Origin: Aduncisulcus paluster
Lineage: Eukaryota
NCBI GenBank assembly: GCA_024181965.1
Contig: BQXS01012491.1
Location: 1 to 39,528, forward strand
Direction of reading: 5' to 3'
DNA: 39,528 nucleotides
Of this stretch, positions 12,201-22,040 are shown one piece after another. Under the pieces are notes generated by a model, which did no database searches, was not told where the DNA came from, and was given only the letters and a program-made list of their open reading frames with translations. The position numbers were made by a program, and so were the translations under genes. How positions within the stretch are numbered: the stretch's first letter is position 1; the number at the start of each line of letters is the position of its first letter.

Positions 12201-13723
12201 CCTCTCTTCTCTTCACTTTCATAGGTTGTGATGGTAAGAAGACATTCAAGAAGTATGAATTCACAAAACCTAAACATTATTTTGAATGGCATTTCCTTCC
12301 TATTGATTTGAATAACGTTGTATTGTGTGAGATTGAAGGGAAAGAAGGGAGGTGGGAAGAGAAGAATAGTCGATATTTCTGGATGGATTCCCTCTTTTTC
12401 GTTCAGGTTAAAGATTTTGCACCAGTGGAGCCTCAGTTTATTCATGAAGGAAATTCCAGTTGCTGCCCAATTCCTCGAGATGCCCCCAATATTAAGAGTG
12501 CAGAGCTTCCATCGATCAAAGCAATAGATGGAATCGAGGATGAAGGCGAATATAGGTACGATCAGAGTTCTAATGCACAACAGATGATGAGAGAAAAGAG
12601 AAATTTCGGACATTTTACCCATATCTCCATTCCTTTCTCTTCCTCTTCCCCAATGAAAGGGGCTTATATCTGTCTATATGATGATTATTCTTCTGACTCA
12701 CCTCCATCACACCTTATCTTCGCTCTCACATCTTCAAAGGGTGAGAAAACATCCAAGAAATACAAATTTCCTGAATTTGAAGGTGGGAATTGGTATTTCC
12801 TTCCTATTGATCTCCCTGATGTTGTTCTGTGTGAGATTACAGGGAAAGGAAGAGAGACAGATTTTTTTGGAATCGTATCTCTTGTTTTCATTAGTAGAGA
12901 AGAAACCCCTGAAGAAATATTAGTTCGTGAAACCAAAGAGAAACTATGGTCTGAAGCTCCTGTTCTGAAACCAGAGTTTGTTAAGGAAGGAGGTATAGAT
13001 TCTATTCCAATTTCATGTGATAATCCAATTCTTATAGATCCTTCATTCTCAATGGTTAAGTGCAAGGATGATTTGTATTGTAGGGAATCTAAGGAGTATG
13101 ATAGGAGTTCAAAAGCACAAAAAATGTTAAAAGGGAAAGATGTTGTTCGCTTATCCCATCTTTCCATCCCTTTCACATCACCTTGTCCAATGGAAGGTGC
13201 TTATATCTGTGTTCATAAGAGAAATAGTTCACCTCAACTTCTCTTCACTTTCACTGATTGTGATGGTAAAAAGACCTTCAAGAAGTATGAATTCACAAGA
13301 CCTAAAGATAAATATGAATGGCACTTCCTTCCTATTGATTTGGATAATGTTGTATTGTGTGAGATTGAAGGGAAAGGAAAGTGGGATGATAAGAATAGTC
13401 GAGATTTCTGGATACCCTCCCTTATATTTACTGTGCCAGAAGAAACAGTTGTGAGTGAACTATTATCCCTTCTGCCATGGGGATATTCCAAGGATGATAT
13501 CAAGACACGGTGTCTGACATCACATGGAATTATTGAGGAGGCTATGGAAGAATATTCTGAAGAAGAGGAGGATTCATATCAACACTCTTCGGATCAATAT
13601 TCATCTGGAGACAGTTCTGATTCTTATGGACAGTATTCATTTGAATATCCACAATCTTGGGATCAATATTCATTTGAAGACTGTTCTGATTCTTATGGAC
13701 AGAGCCAGAGAGAGGAACAATAA
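9224..13723 (+). CDS. 1499-aa protein of eight tandem ~165-180-aa lineage-specific beta-rich domains arranged (A-B)x4, with an acidic Ser/Tyr/Asp tail
   Basis: Uninterrupted ORF. A units start at 9254, 10292, 11342, 12425 (VEPQFIHEG..CPIPRD) and B units at ~9779, 10817, 11915, 12962 (VLKPEFVKEG). Shared core SIPF.S.SPMKGAYIC..FT...G.KT.KKYEF...W.FLP.DL..V.LCEI.GKG. No signal peptide or TM segment evident. Confidence 0.9.
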   Translation: MSSSTGIFQIVEPQFIHEGDEGYCPIPRDAPNIKSPKFPIIKAIDKTKNEGEYGYDQSSKAQRMMKGEWNLRQITQISIPFSFSSPMKGVYICLSSYSPPSHLIFTLTSPKGEKTSKTYEFPEFRDDSWYFLPVDLPDILLCEITGKGRDEEWFGIESLVFISREETPEEIKAREFKEKLWSEAPVLKPEFVKEGDKESKGRDSIPIPRDDPKLVDPSFSMVKCKNDVFSKESKLYDQSLKAQRMLKGERGIRLSHLSIPFLSPSPMKGAYICVDNWDSSPSLLFTFIGCDGKKTFKKYEFTKPEHKLTYEWHFLSIDLDNVVLCEIEGKGTWEEKNSRDFWMNSLFFVRVKYFAPVEPQFIHEGNSSCCPIPRDAPNIKSAELPLIIAIDKTEEEGEYGYDQSSNAQQMMKGGCNNGDFTHISIPFSSSSPMKGAYICLDGDSSPPSYLIFTLISSKGEKTSRKYEFPEFEHNRWYFLPVDLPDVLLCEITGKGRDEEYFRIESLVFIREETPEEILVREAREKLWSEAPVLKPEFVKGVSHLLYDRKSFGRDSILIPDDDLDRIHPSFPMIKCKDDSYSKESDYYDKSSRAQKMLKGEDNLWLSHLSIPFPSPSPMKGAYICVREDHSSPSLLFTFTDSDGKKTFKKYEFTKPEHKYEWHFLPIDLNNVVLCEIEGKEGRWNEKNSRYFWMDSLFFVRVKDFAPVEPLFIHEGYFDCCPIPRDAPNIKSAELPLIIAIDKTEEEGEYGYDQSSNAQQMMKGGCNNGDFTHISIPFSSSSPMKGAYICLYGNSSSPSHLIFTLTSSKWKKISKKYEFPEFEGKHYHWYFLPVDLPDVLLCEITGKGRDEEPLEECFNIRGRCKQYFGIESLVFIREETPEEIIFREFKEKLCSEAPVVKAEFVKEGDKESKGRDFIPIARDDPKLVDPSFSMVKCKNDSVSKESEYYDQSLKAQRMLKGEGSVRLSHLSIPFPSPSPMKGAYICVDNWDSSPSLLFTFIGCDGKKTFKKYEFTKPKHYFEWHFLPIDLNNVVLCEIEGKEGRWEEKNSRYFWMDSLFFVQVKDFAPVEPQFIHEGNSSCCPIPRDAPNIKSAELPSIKAIDGIEDEGEYRYDQSSNAQQMMREKRNFGHFTHISIPFSSSSPMKGAYICLYDDYSSDSPPSHLIFALTSSKGEKTSKKYKFPEFEGGNWYFLPIDLPDVVLCEITGKGRETDFFGIVSLVFISREETPEEILVRETKEKLWSEAPVLKPEFVKEGGIDSIPISCDNPILIDPSFSMVKCKDDLYCRESKEYDRSSKAQKMLKGKDVVRLSHLSIPFTSPCPMEGAYICVHKRNSSPQLLFTFTDCDGKKTFKKYEFTRPKDKYEWHFLPIDLDNVVLCEIEGKGKWDDKNSRDFWIPSLIFTVPEETVVSELLSLLPWGYSKDDIKTRCLTSHGIIEEAMEEYSEEEEDSYQHSSDQYSSGDSSDSYGQYSFEYPQSWDQYSFEDCSDSYGQSQREEQ

Positions 13724-14212
13724 TGAAAATCTATATTGCGCACAAAGATTCAACAATATCATTGCCAAAGGTGGGGGGAAAAACTCCAAGATAATTTTTC
13801 ATTCTTCTTTACGGAAATGTAACTATAAAAAATATCATTTATTAAATAATATAAATCGCAGATTACATATATTGCATGGTTCAGGAAAAGAGAAATGAAG
13901 CCTGGATGCTCAATTTCCAGAAGAATGTGAGATATAAGCTCTTGTTCGATGCCAAAATATCATCCTGGTCATCACTTTCAGCAACTCTCATTGCAAATAT
14001 TATTAATATTGACTTTTGACACTTAATCGACCCACAACTCCCGACCTTGGAATTGGGAAAATTCCAAACAATGGGGAAGGTCTTATATCGAGCTAATACA
14101 TACACAACTTAATGTCAATAAACAAGATATCACTTCTGTAATCGTATTTTTTCGGGTTTTATATAATATTTTAACTCAAAACAGTGTCAAATATAAAAAT
14201 TGAAAAAAAAAA

Positions 14213-14602
14213 TCAGATTAATTTAATAACTACCCATAGGGCAAGAATAAACAGAACAACAACCAAAGTAATTCCACAAAATGATGCATTTTTCGTATTC
14301 ATTGCCTTTTTCAACTGTTGAAGCACAATTTTCAATTTATCATCAGCCCCAGACATTTCTTCGGATAAATCATCTAATTTTGTGTTTTGTCTTTGAACTG
14401 TTGAATGAATATCTTGAGTCAATAGGCGTAAATCCCCAACTCGCTCATGTAATTCATCAAGCTTCTCAAAATTATCTTCACGCATGATTTGCTGAGATTC
14501 AAGGGTAGGGGGAAGATCTTTTGGATGCATATTGGTAAATAAAACGGTAATATTAAAAATAAAATTCTTGGATGTCAAGAAAATAAGCCTGACAGAGGAC
14601 AT
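14213..14602 (-). CDS. BET1: Qc-SNARE, Bet1-like, with C-terminal TM anchor (start may be ATG 14530)
   Basis: SNARE motif EDNFEKLDELHERVGDLRLLTQDIHSTVQRQNTKLDDLSEEM with zero-layer Gln, then TM FCGITLVVVLFILALWVVI. The short N-terminus is typical of Bet1. Confidence 0.75.
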   Translation of the reverse strand: MSSVRLIFLTSKNFIFNITVLFTNMHPKDLPPTLESQQIMREDNFEKLDELHERVGDLRLLTQDIHSTVQRQNTKLDDLSEEMSGADDKLKIVLQQLKKAMNTKNASFCGITLVVVLFILALWVVIKLI

Positions 14603-15275
14603 TGTCTGCGAGAAGTAGAACTTCTACTATTGAATAGTTCCAATCAAAGTAACAAAAAATTAACTTAAAAATTTATTAAAATTCAATGATAAGATTTTTT
14701 TAATTGTTTATTTTTGAATGCGAACATTTTTAAGAACTTGACTCAAGTAAGAAGTTCTTAGTTGAACTAAAAAAAAAGAAATCTCTCACACAGGACAATT
14801 CAATTCAATCATGATTCATCTGTTTACTCATCAAAAGAATCTCTTTAATTCAATAAACTGTGACAATATCATATAGTCTTAGATTCTCACACAATGATAT
14901 CTCACCTCAATAGACACACATTTCTCCTTTTGATGGTCATTTTATAGTATAAATAAGTTCTTGCAATGACCTTTTTCGCTTCTTTTTCATAGATAACTGC
15001 AATATTTCCCTTTATATAGGGATTTTAAGAAGTTCTCTCATCTCTCAGATCTATAAGGAAGAAAGGAAAATTAGTTAAGCTAATTTCTTTGTAGAATAGT
15101 TATATTCAAAAAGACATATAATAGATTAATCATTAATCAAATAAATAAATTATATCAACTGTATCAATTAAATAAATCCAATTAACTGATGTTTTCTGAG
15201 ATAAATAAATAATATTATTAAAAAGATATAAAAAGTAATATAATATATCCAGCAACATAGTTGTTAAACCCCCAG

Positions 15276-18200
15276 TTATACAATAATATCGTCAGGAAGT
15301 CTCTCAACAGTGGCATCGTTTTGTTCTTGTTGAAGCATTCTCTTAGCGAATGGAGTCAATTGTGGAGAACTTGTCCTCAAATCCACTTTAGCATTCTTGC
15401 AGACCCACTCTTTGCCTCTTACAATCCTGATCTCTAGCCTAGCATCTTCGGTTAACAGTTTTTTCACTCGATTCCAAATGAACAGCCTTCCTTGTTTGCG
15501 AATAAACTCAATCAACCCATTATCAGACTCCTGGATAACTTTCCTATTCATAAATATCAATTGAGAGGCTTGTGCTACACTGCGTTGGTGCACAGACATG
15601 GAGGGAGTAGCTGGGAACGGTGTAGCGATTTTTGTTTGATTCAGGAGACCAGTCACGGGTGTCATAATGCCAGAGTTGTTCGTAGCATTGTCGGGACGCT
15701 GAATGGTACTGCGAATGAATACAGAGTCACCAAAATATGACCCATGAGCACCACCATGACGGAGATGAGAAGGAGAAGGAGGAGGAAGAGGAAGAGGAAG
15801 AGGAAGAGGAAGAGGGAAGGGGAACAGAAGAAATGTTGTCAATGCGTTTGAATACCCCACTAACAAAAAGGTTTTTGATCTCATTCATGTCAATTCCTTC
15901 AACACTTCCAAACTGTTGGGACATTCTCAAAATGCATCTATAAATAGCTAACTTCCCTTGGTGTGCTCGAATAGTCACTATTAGCAAGCCAAACCCAAAG
16001 ATTCCAACAATCAATGATACGATGGATATAAGGGCAAAAATATAGAATTTGATAGGGTGAATGTTATAAAACCTGATAATTCTGCACATGAAAGGAAGGT
16101 TATCCTTCACTCTTATATACAAGAGAGTATGAGCACCAGTTGAATTATTATTGTTGTTGATATTATTACTTCTTCCAGTTTCTTGAGCATCCTCAATAGA
16201 TCCAACAGATCCAATAGATGACGAGACGGATTTTCTATTATTGCTATTACCATTATTGGCATTGGAGGCATTGGCATTGGAGGTAGATGACTGAGATTCA
16301 AGAGATGTATGGTCATTGTTACCGTCAGTTCTTACATGAACAAGATCAATGAAGGATACAGAAGACTCTCCTCTGCGATGTCTCTGTTCCTCTTCCATGA
16401 GAGCTTTGATATATTTCTCATCAAGGGCACCAACGTAAACTAGAGACTCAGAGCGTTCGAGAGCAGTACAAGGGAGAGTATCATCATACATAGAAGGGAA
16501 CTCTGAAGACTCATAAGAACTTCCATTGCCTTCTGATGCCAGCTTGGCTATATTAGTACTAGAATTCAAGTCGTGATCTTGGTCATTAAGAATGCTGATA
16601 TCGCTGTAATAATTGTTGTTCTTTGTCACATTTTTGCTAGTTTTGTCGAGAGAAGGACATGAACACATCAAATGTCTGCTCTCTGCCTGTGAAAGAGCTT
16701 CAACAAGAAGGTCTTTGTGTTCATTGAAGGTTGATTCATTGTCTGTGACATGTTGTTGTTTAGAGGGGAAAAGACATACAAAAGGAACAGAAAGAGAAGG
16801 CAGAAAGCGAGGGAGTTGTTGCATTCTTTCTTCTCCTTTTGCTGGTTCTCTTTTCTCCTCTTCTATGGTTCCCAGAGGTAATTGGTCATCATTTTGGAGA
16901 AGTAATTTCTTCATTTCTTCTCTCTCTCTTTCCGTGGATAGGAGTTTAGCTCTTATCTTATCAGCTTTAAATGCTCTCTTGAACACTGATACTCGTTGGT
17001 TTTGTAAAGAAGTCAATTGCTTTACAGTAAGATCAGACAAAAGAATATCACCTTCACGACGACCAACTTCACTGATAGTCACATGACTCATTTCATCAGT
17101 CAATGTATCAGTCAAATTATCAGTTATTCCAACAACTTTGGATGAATCTCCTTCCTGTTCTCCTCCATTGAGTTTATCTGCTTCTTCTTCTTCTTCTTTC
17201 TCAGCGGATCTAATAATAGAATGAATATCGCGAATAACAATTGGATCATTTGTTTCCAGTACAGTATTCCTGACTACCTCCAATATTGAAGCCGGGGAAG
17301 AATCCATAACAGTGGGGAAGGGAGCAGAGGTAGAGCAGGAGAGCACAGAATCATCACAATCGTAATGGAGCATTCTCAATAACTCAATGGGAACACATGG
17401 AGTAGAATGCACGTGTTGTTCACTGGTTATTATTGGAGCTTTGTCTTGAAGACATTCTTCATGATCACCTTGGTATAACTCTGAGGCTGAGGAGGAATGT
17501 ATAATACTAACGTTATTACCACTATCACTATCACTATTATCACTATTATCACTGGTATCAAGTATTAGGTGATTAGTATGATTATAGGCATCGATATCGT
17601 TGTCGCTCCTGCATATATTGACTAGGGAAGGAAGTAAGATAAGTTCCCAGTGTTGAGATGTATCAGAAAGAGCCCTGGAGACTTCGTTGTACGAATAGGG
17701 TGATATAATATTGGCATATATATTTGTGAGGTATTTATAGAGGTTAAATAAGGGATCTGGAAGAGTCACAGGTGACAGATAACTGTACGAACAGAAGAGA
17801 AGAGATAAAAGGACAATTATAATGGGTAAAACGAAGATAATCCGCAGCAAAGAACATTTGACGGCGGTGGTTTCTTTTTCTCCATCGTTCAATGCTTTCA
17901 TGATCTCAATCTCTTTAATTTGTTCTTTTAAAGCATACTCATCGTGAAGTCTTCCATTTTCTTCTTCGCCTTCTTCCTCAAGTTGCTGATCTTTCTTCAT
18001 CTTTTCAAGTTCGTGGTCAACTTCTTCCTGGAAAGCTATACGTTCAGATGTAGCAGATATTGAAGAATGAGAAACATCGGATATATAAGGAACTGATTCT
18101 TCTTCTTCAACAGACACGAACTCATTATCCTCCTGGTCTTTCTTCCGGCATTCTTCCTCTTCTTTCTTCCGGCATTCTTCTTCTTCTTTCTTCCGGCATT

Positions 18201-19913
18201 CTTCTTCTTCTTGCTGAGCGAGTCGCAAAAACTCTTTCAGAGATTGCATTTCTGCTTCGGCAGCTTTCTTCTTTTTTTCCTCTTCTTTCTTCCTTTGCTT
18301 CTCGGCTTTCTTCAATTTCTTCTTTTCAAGCTCTTCTTCTTCTTTCCGCTTCTTCTCTTCTTTTTTACGTCTCTTCTTTTCTTTTCTCTCTTCCTTTTCT
18401 TGCTTCTTTCTCTCTTCTTCTTCGGCAAGTTTTTTCTTTCTTTCTTCCTCTTCTTTTCTCATGCGCTCTTCTTCTTCTTTTTGCTTCCTCTCTTCTTTTT
18501 CTCTTCGATTTCTTTCCTCTTCTTCTTTTTTGAGCTTTTCTGCTTGTTTTCTCTTCTTTTCCTCTTTCTTTCTCTTCTTTTCCTCGTCTTTTCTCTTCTT
18601 TTCCTCTTCTTTTCTCTTCATTTCCTCTTCTTCTTTCCTTCTCTTCTTCTTCTTCTTTCTTTCTTTCCTCTTCTTTTCTAATCCTCTCTTCCTCCTTTCT
18701 CTTCCTCTCTTCTTCTTCTTCTTCTTGTTTTTTCTTTTCAAGGATAGCTTGTTTTTTCTTTTTTGAGGTCTTCTTTGGGGGTTTTTCGACCGTTGACTTC
18801 TCAAACACATGAACTTCCTCAAATGAAACTCTTCTTGATTTTCTTCTGTCTTTGGAAAGGGAAGAATCTTTTATATCAGCTGTATCATCAGGTTTAGACT
18901 CAGATTTAAGGTCAGGTTGTTTAGTATCGGAACCAAGACCTTCAGATTTAAGGTCAGGTTGTTTAGTATCGGAACCAAGACCTTCAGATTTAAGGTCAGG
19001 TTGTTTAGTATCGGAACCAAGACCTTCAGATTTAAGGTCAGGTTGTTTAGTATCGGAACCAAGACCTTCAGATTTAAGGTCAGGTTGTTTAGTATCGGAA
19101 CCAAGACCTTCAGATTTAAGGTCAGGTTGTTTAGTATCGGAACCAAGACCTTCAGATTTAAGGTCAGGTTGTTTAGTATCGGAACCAAGACCCTCAGATT
19201 CAAGGGATATTACTGGGGCTGGAGTAAACACTTGTTCCTCTTGTATTTTTTTAATAGCGGGGGTGACTTCTCCAAACTGAAACGATTTTCTCCTTTTTCT
19301 TTTCCTTGTTCTCGGAGTAGGGTCCAAATCAAGCTTGGATTCAGTCATAACAACTTCAGGCTCCAATTCTTCTTNNNNNNNNNNNNNNNNNNNNGACCGT
19401 TGACTTCTCAAACACATGAACTTCCTCAAATGAAACTCTTCTTGATTTTCTTCTGTCTTTGGAAAGGGAAGAATCTTTTATATCAGCTGTATCATCAGGT
19501 TTAGACTCAGATTTAAGGTCAGGTTGTTTAGTATCGGAACCAAGACCTTCAGATTTAAGGTCAGGTTGTTTAGTATCGGAACCAAGACCTTCAGATTTAA
19601 GGTCAGGTTGTTTAGTATCGGAACCAAGACCTTCAGATTTAAGGTAAGGTTGTTTAGTATCGGAACCAAGACCCTCAGATTCAAGGGTTATTACTGGGGC
19701 TGGAGTAAACACTTGTTCCTCTTGTATTTTTTTAATAGCGGGGGTGACTTCTCCAAACTGAAACGATTTTCTCCTTTTTCTTTTCCTTGTTCTCGGAGTA
19801 GGGTCCAAATCAAGCTTGGATTCAGTCATAACAACTTCAGGCTCCAATTCTTCTTCTGCAAATCTTCTTTTTGCAGAAGATGTATCATTCTTCTTATTTT
19901 TTCTTGGTGGCAT
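15276..19913 (-). CDS. Two-TM inner nuclear membrane protein, MAN1/LEM2/Src1(Heh)-like with MSC winged-helix C-terminus; reconstructed across one gap duplication and two +1 frameshifts (~18640 and ~15790)
   Basis: Starts MPPRKNKK at 19913; NLS-like RTRKRKRRKS; 14-aa repeats; E/K/R-rich helix; TM1 LLRIIFVLPIIIVLLSLLFCSYSYL; Cys-containing lumenal region; TM2 FYIFALISIVSLIVGIFGFGLLIVTI; C-terminal FIWNRVKKLLTEDARLEIRIVRGKEWV resembling the MSC motif. Joins ORFs 19356-19940, 18365-19429, 15727-18822 and 15276-15884. Confidence 0.6.
18138..18210 (-). repeat. 24-bp coding repeat x3 (EEEECRKK)
   Basis: Three near-identical tttcttccggcattcttc.tcttc units. Confidence 0.75.
18905..19198 (-). repeat. 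42-bp coding minisatellite x7 (SEGLGSDTKQPDLK)
   Basis: Unit tttaaggtcaggttgtttagtatcggaaccaagaccttcaga repeated head-to-tail with no spacers. Confidence 0.95.
19512..19679 (-). repeat. Same 42-bp minisatellite x4 in the duplicated overlap copy (18788-19374 / 19395-19855, gap 19375-19394)
   Basis: Four units, one with an Asp->Tyr change. Flanks match the other copy apart from VISLE/VITLE substitutions. Confidence 0.9.
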
Positions 19914-20282
19914 CTTTATAACCTCTGAGGCGAATGCCAATTACCACACAAAACTTGAAAAAAAGGCGGGGAAAGAAGAATCGTTAAGAAATATTAGAAT
20001 GGGGTTAAATATTTTTGAAAAATCAATTTTTATTGATTTTAGGTATTTTTGAAAAACTATGGGCGCTTGCTTTGACGTCTCGTGAATCAACTTATCATAT
20101 GCAAAAATGGTGAAAGAAATAAAGCGATAATTTTATTAGTTGGTTTAGAAAAGTGCATTTTGAATGGGTAAAAATCACCTAAGACTATCATTCACCGCAA
20201 CAGAGAAGAGACATTATTTCTTGATTCCTATACACAGGTCACTGTGCCTTTTTTGAACCACACGCACAAAAAAGGCTATTAA

Positions 20283-21761
20283 ATGGAACTTTCATTCATT
20301 GGATCCCGTTATGTCAATGCAGGAGACACAATATCCAACATTTTAGTATTGAAGAATAATTCCCAGGTAGATATCACTTTAGAATGGTTAGCATTCCAAT
20401 TCTATGGACAAGTAATTGGATCTTCAAAATGTAAGTTTGTTTTTGACGAGTCTACTCAACAAAAGCTTCTTCCTGTTGGTTCTGGATCTGTTACTTGTCC
20501 TGATCCTTCCCAGCTTGATAATGGAGTGTGTATTTTTAATCAAACTCCAACACCTCTTGGATTATGTGTTACTGTTAAAGCCGGATCCTCTCGAAAGATT
20601 AAATGTGAAGCCACAATCCCCATGCAAGCACCTGAATCATTTCACGGTAATTTAGTATCAATATTATATCATTTTCATGCCACTGCATCTATTATTGAAT
20701 TCAAAGCTCCCCCGGTAGCCCCCAAGAAAAAAGGAAGGAAATCCAAAAAAACTAAACCTCTTGGTCCCACCCTTGACCATCATCCAATCTTTGCTCGTCG
20801 TGAAATTGTCGTTCGTCGCCGCCATCCTATCTTTAATCATGAACTTCAAGACCATTGTGAAGACGCGCTCAAAGTTGCCAGGCCTGAAGAACTTAGATAC
20901 CTCCTTCCCAGACCTCTTCTCGCAGAAAGCCGTGATTCCAAGCATGCATACACTCCGTCGCGAACTCCCTTGAGTTCCCTCTCAGGCACTGTGACTGTAG
21001 GTGGTGGATCCGGGATAGCGCCTTCACCGATGACTGCCACTCCTTCGAGGCAAGTCTTTTCAGATGCTATTCACTCGTCTGCTCTTGTTGGAGGTGATTT
21101 CCACTCCCCCATTGGACGTGGTGATGGTGCCTTCCCCGGAGAAGTTGTTGGTTCCCTTGGATCTGAAGGAGTCATCCTTCAGGGCGATATAACCTCTCCC
21201 ATGACTCCCCATGTACCTGTTGGATCCTCTAAGATTGTCTGGAATGTGACTCATGTGGCAATGTTCTTCAAGGCTACGATCGCTGCCGAGAAGACCAAAC
21301 TGCTTCATTTCTCTGTTATAAGTGGGACAAGAGTTCCCCTTGGGGGCTCAGGAATAGTCCTCCAATTCTCCCCGTTGTCTCCACATCCAAGATACATGAC
21401 TGTCAGTCTTGTGCACTTTGAGGAAGTTGATCCCCGTACCCTCGCTTCTTCTGTTGATGCCATGTGCTCTGTGGAATCGGCTCAAACCAAGCACTCAAGG
21501 GTGTGTTTCAGCAAATCTATTTCATTGGACGGTAACCACAAGTCAAAATTAGTTATCCCAACACCGATTGAACTCGAACCATCATTCCCTCTGTATGTTA
21601 TTCCTGCTCCACCAAAGCATAAGGCACCCGATGTCAAGATGACCGATTTTGCGCCAATTGTCAGTTCATATAGATTGGACGTTAGTATTGAATTTAGTGT
21701 AATGGGGAAAACTCATTCTTTATGCGTTCATTTCCCTGTCCAATTGGTTGGGAAAGACTGA
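20283..21761 (+). CDS. RGP1: Rgp1 (arrestin-fold subunit of the Ric1-Rgp1 Rab6/Ypt6 GEF)
   Basis: AGDTISNILVLKN..LEWLAFQFYGQ..GVCIFNQTPTPL..VKAGSSRKIKCEATIPMQAPESFHGNLVSILY matches the Rgp1 N-terminal pattern; C-terminal PSF..SIEF..VHFPVQL. Confidence 0.75.
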   Translation: MELSFIGSRYVNAGDTISNILVLKNNSQVDITLEWLAFQFYGQVIGSSKCKFVFDESTQQKLLPVGSGSVTCPDPSQLDNGVCIFNQTPTPLGLCVTVKAGSSRKIKCEATIPMQAPESFHGNLVSILYHFHATASIIEFKAPPVAPKKKGRKSKKTKPLGPTLDHHPIFARREIVVRRRHPIFNHELQDHCEDALKVARPEELRYLLPRPLLAESRDSKHAYTPSRTPLSSLSGTVTVGGGSGIAPSPMTATPSRQVFSDAIHSSALVGGDFHSPIGRGDGAFPGEVVGSLGSEGVILQGDITSPMTPHVPVGSSKIVWNVTHVAMFFKATIAAEKTKLLHFSVISGTRVPLGGSGIVLQFSPLSPHPRYMTVSLVHFEEVDPRTLASSVDAMCSVESAQTKHSRVCFSKSISLDGNHKSKLVIPTPIELEPSFPLYVIPAPPKHKAPDVKMTDFAPIVSSYRLDVSIEFSVMGKTHSLCVHFPVQLVGKD

Positions 21762-22040
21762 GCAAGAATATATGGGTTATTTGAGGTAGATAAATGATAA
21801 AGAGATGAAATTATCAATGATTTTTAAGAGTTTTATCAAGTTTAATTTTTTTTTTCCCTCGAAAGGAATGTTTTTCCATTTCACATGAAAAGGGCATAGT
21901 AAAATTATTTCTATTATTTTATTTTTAATAAAACCTTTTGTAAATTTAAAAAATGGAAACAAACTGACATTTTCTATGAGAATTTGACCATCAAACAAAA
22001 CAATTCAATTTTGCCAGCTACCCAAAGAACTCCATCAACA

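Noticed and set aside
9053-13898. Repeated antisense and alternative-frame ORFs over the array gene
   Set aside because: They recur only because the sense-strand units repeat; no independent coding signal.
13881-14105. 74-aa minus-strand ORF downstream of Bet1
   Set aside because: No recognisable motif or supported splice structure; treated as non-coding or uncertain.
18905-19679. 42-bp repeats as a CRISPR array
   Set aside because: Units are head-to-tail with no unique spacers, are in-frame coding repeats, and lie in a eukaryotic gene; no cas genes.
18060-19928. Phe/Leu/Ser-rich plus-strand ORFs resembling membrane proteins
   Set aside because: Antisense reading of the E/K/R-rich and minisatellite coding sequence.
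20196-20216. ACAGAGAAGA as a U6 snRNA motif
   Set aside because: Lacks the following AUUAGC catalytic-triad segment and the U6 stem context.
3747-21761. Functional cluster of trafficking genes (Sec5-like, Bet1, Rgp1)
   Set aside because: Interspersed with unrelated genes on both strands; co-occurrence is plausible by chance in a gene-dense eukaryotic genome.
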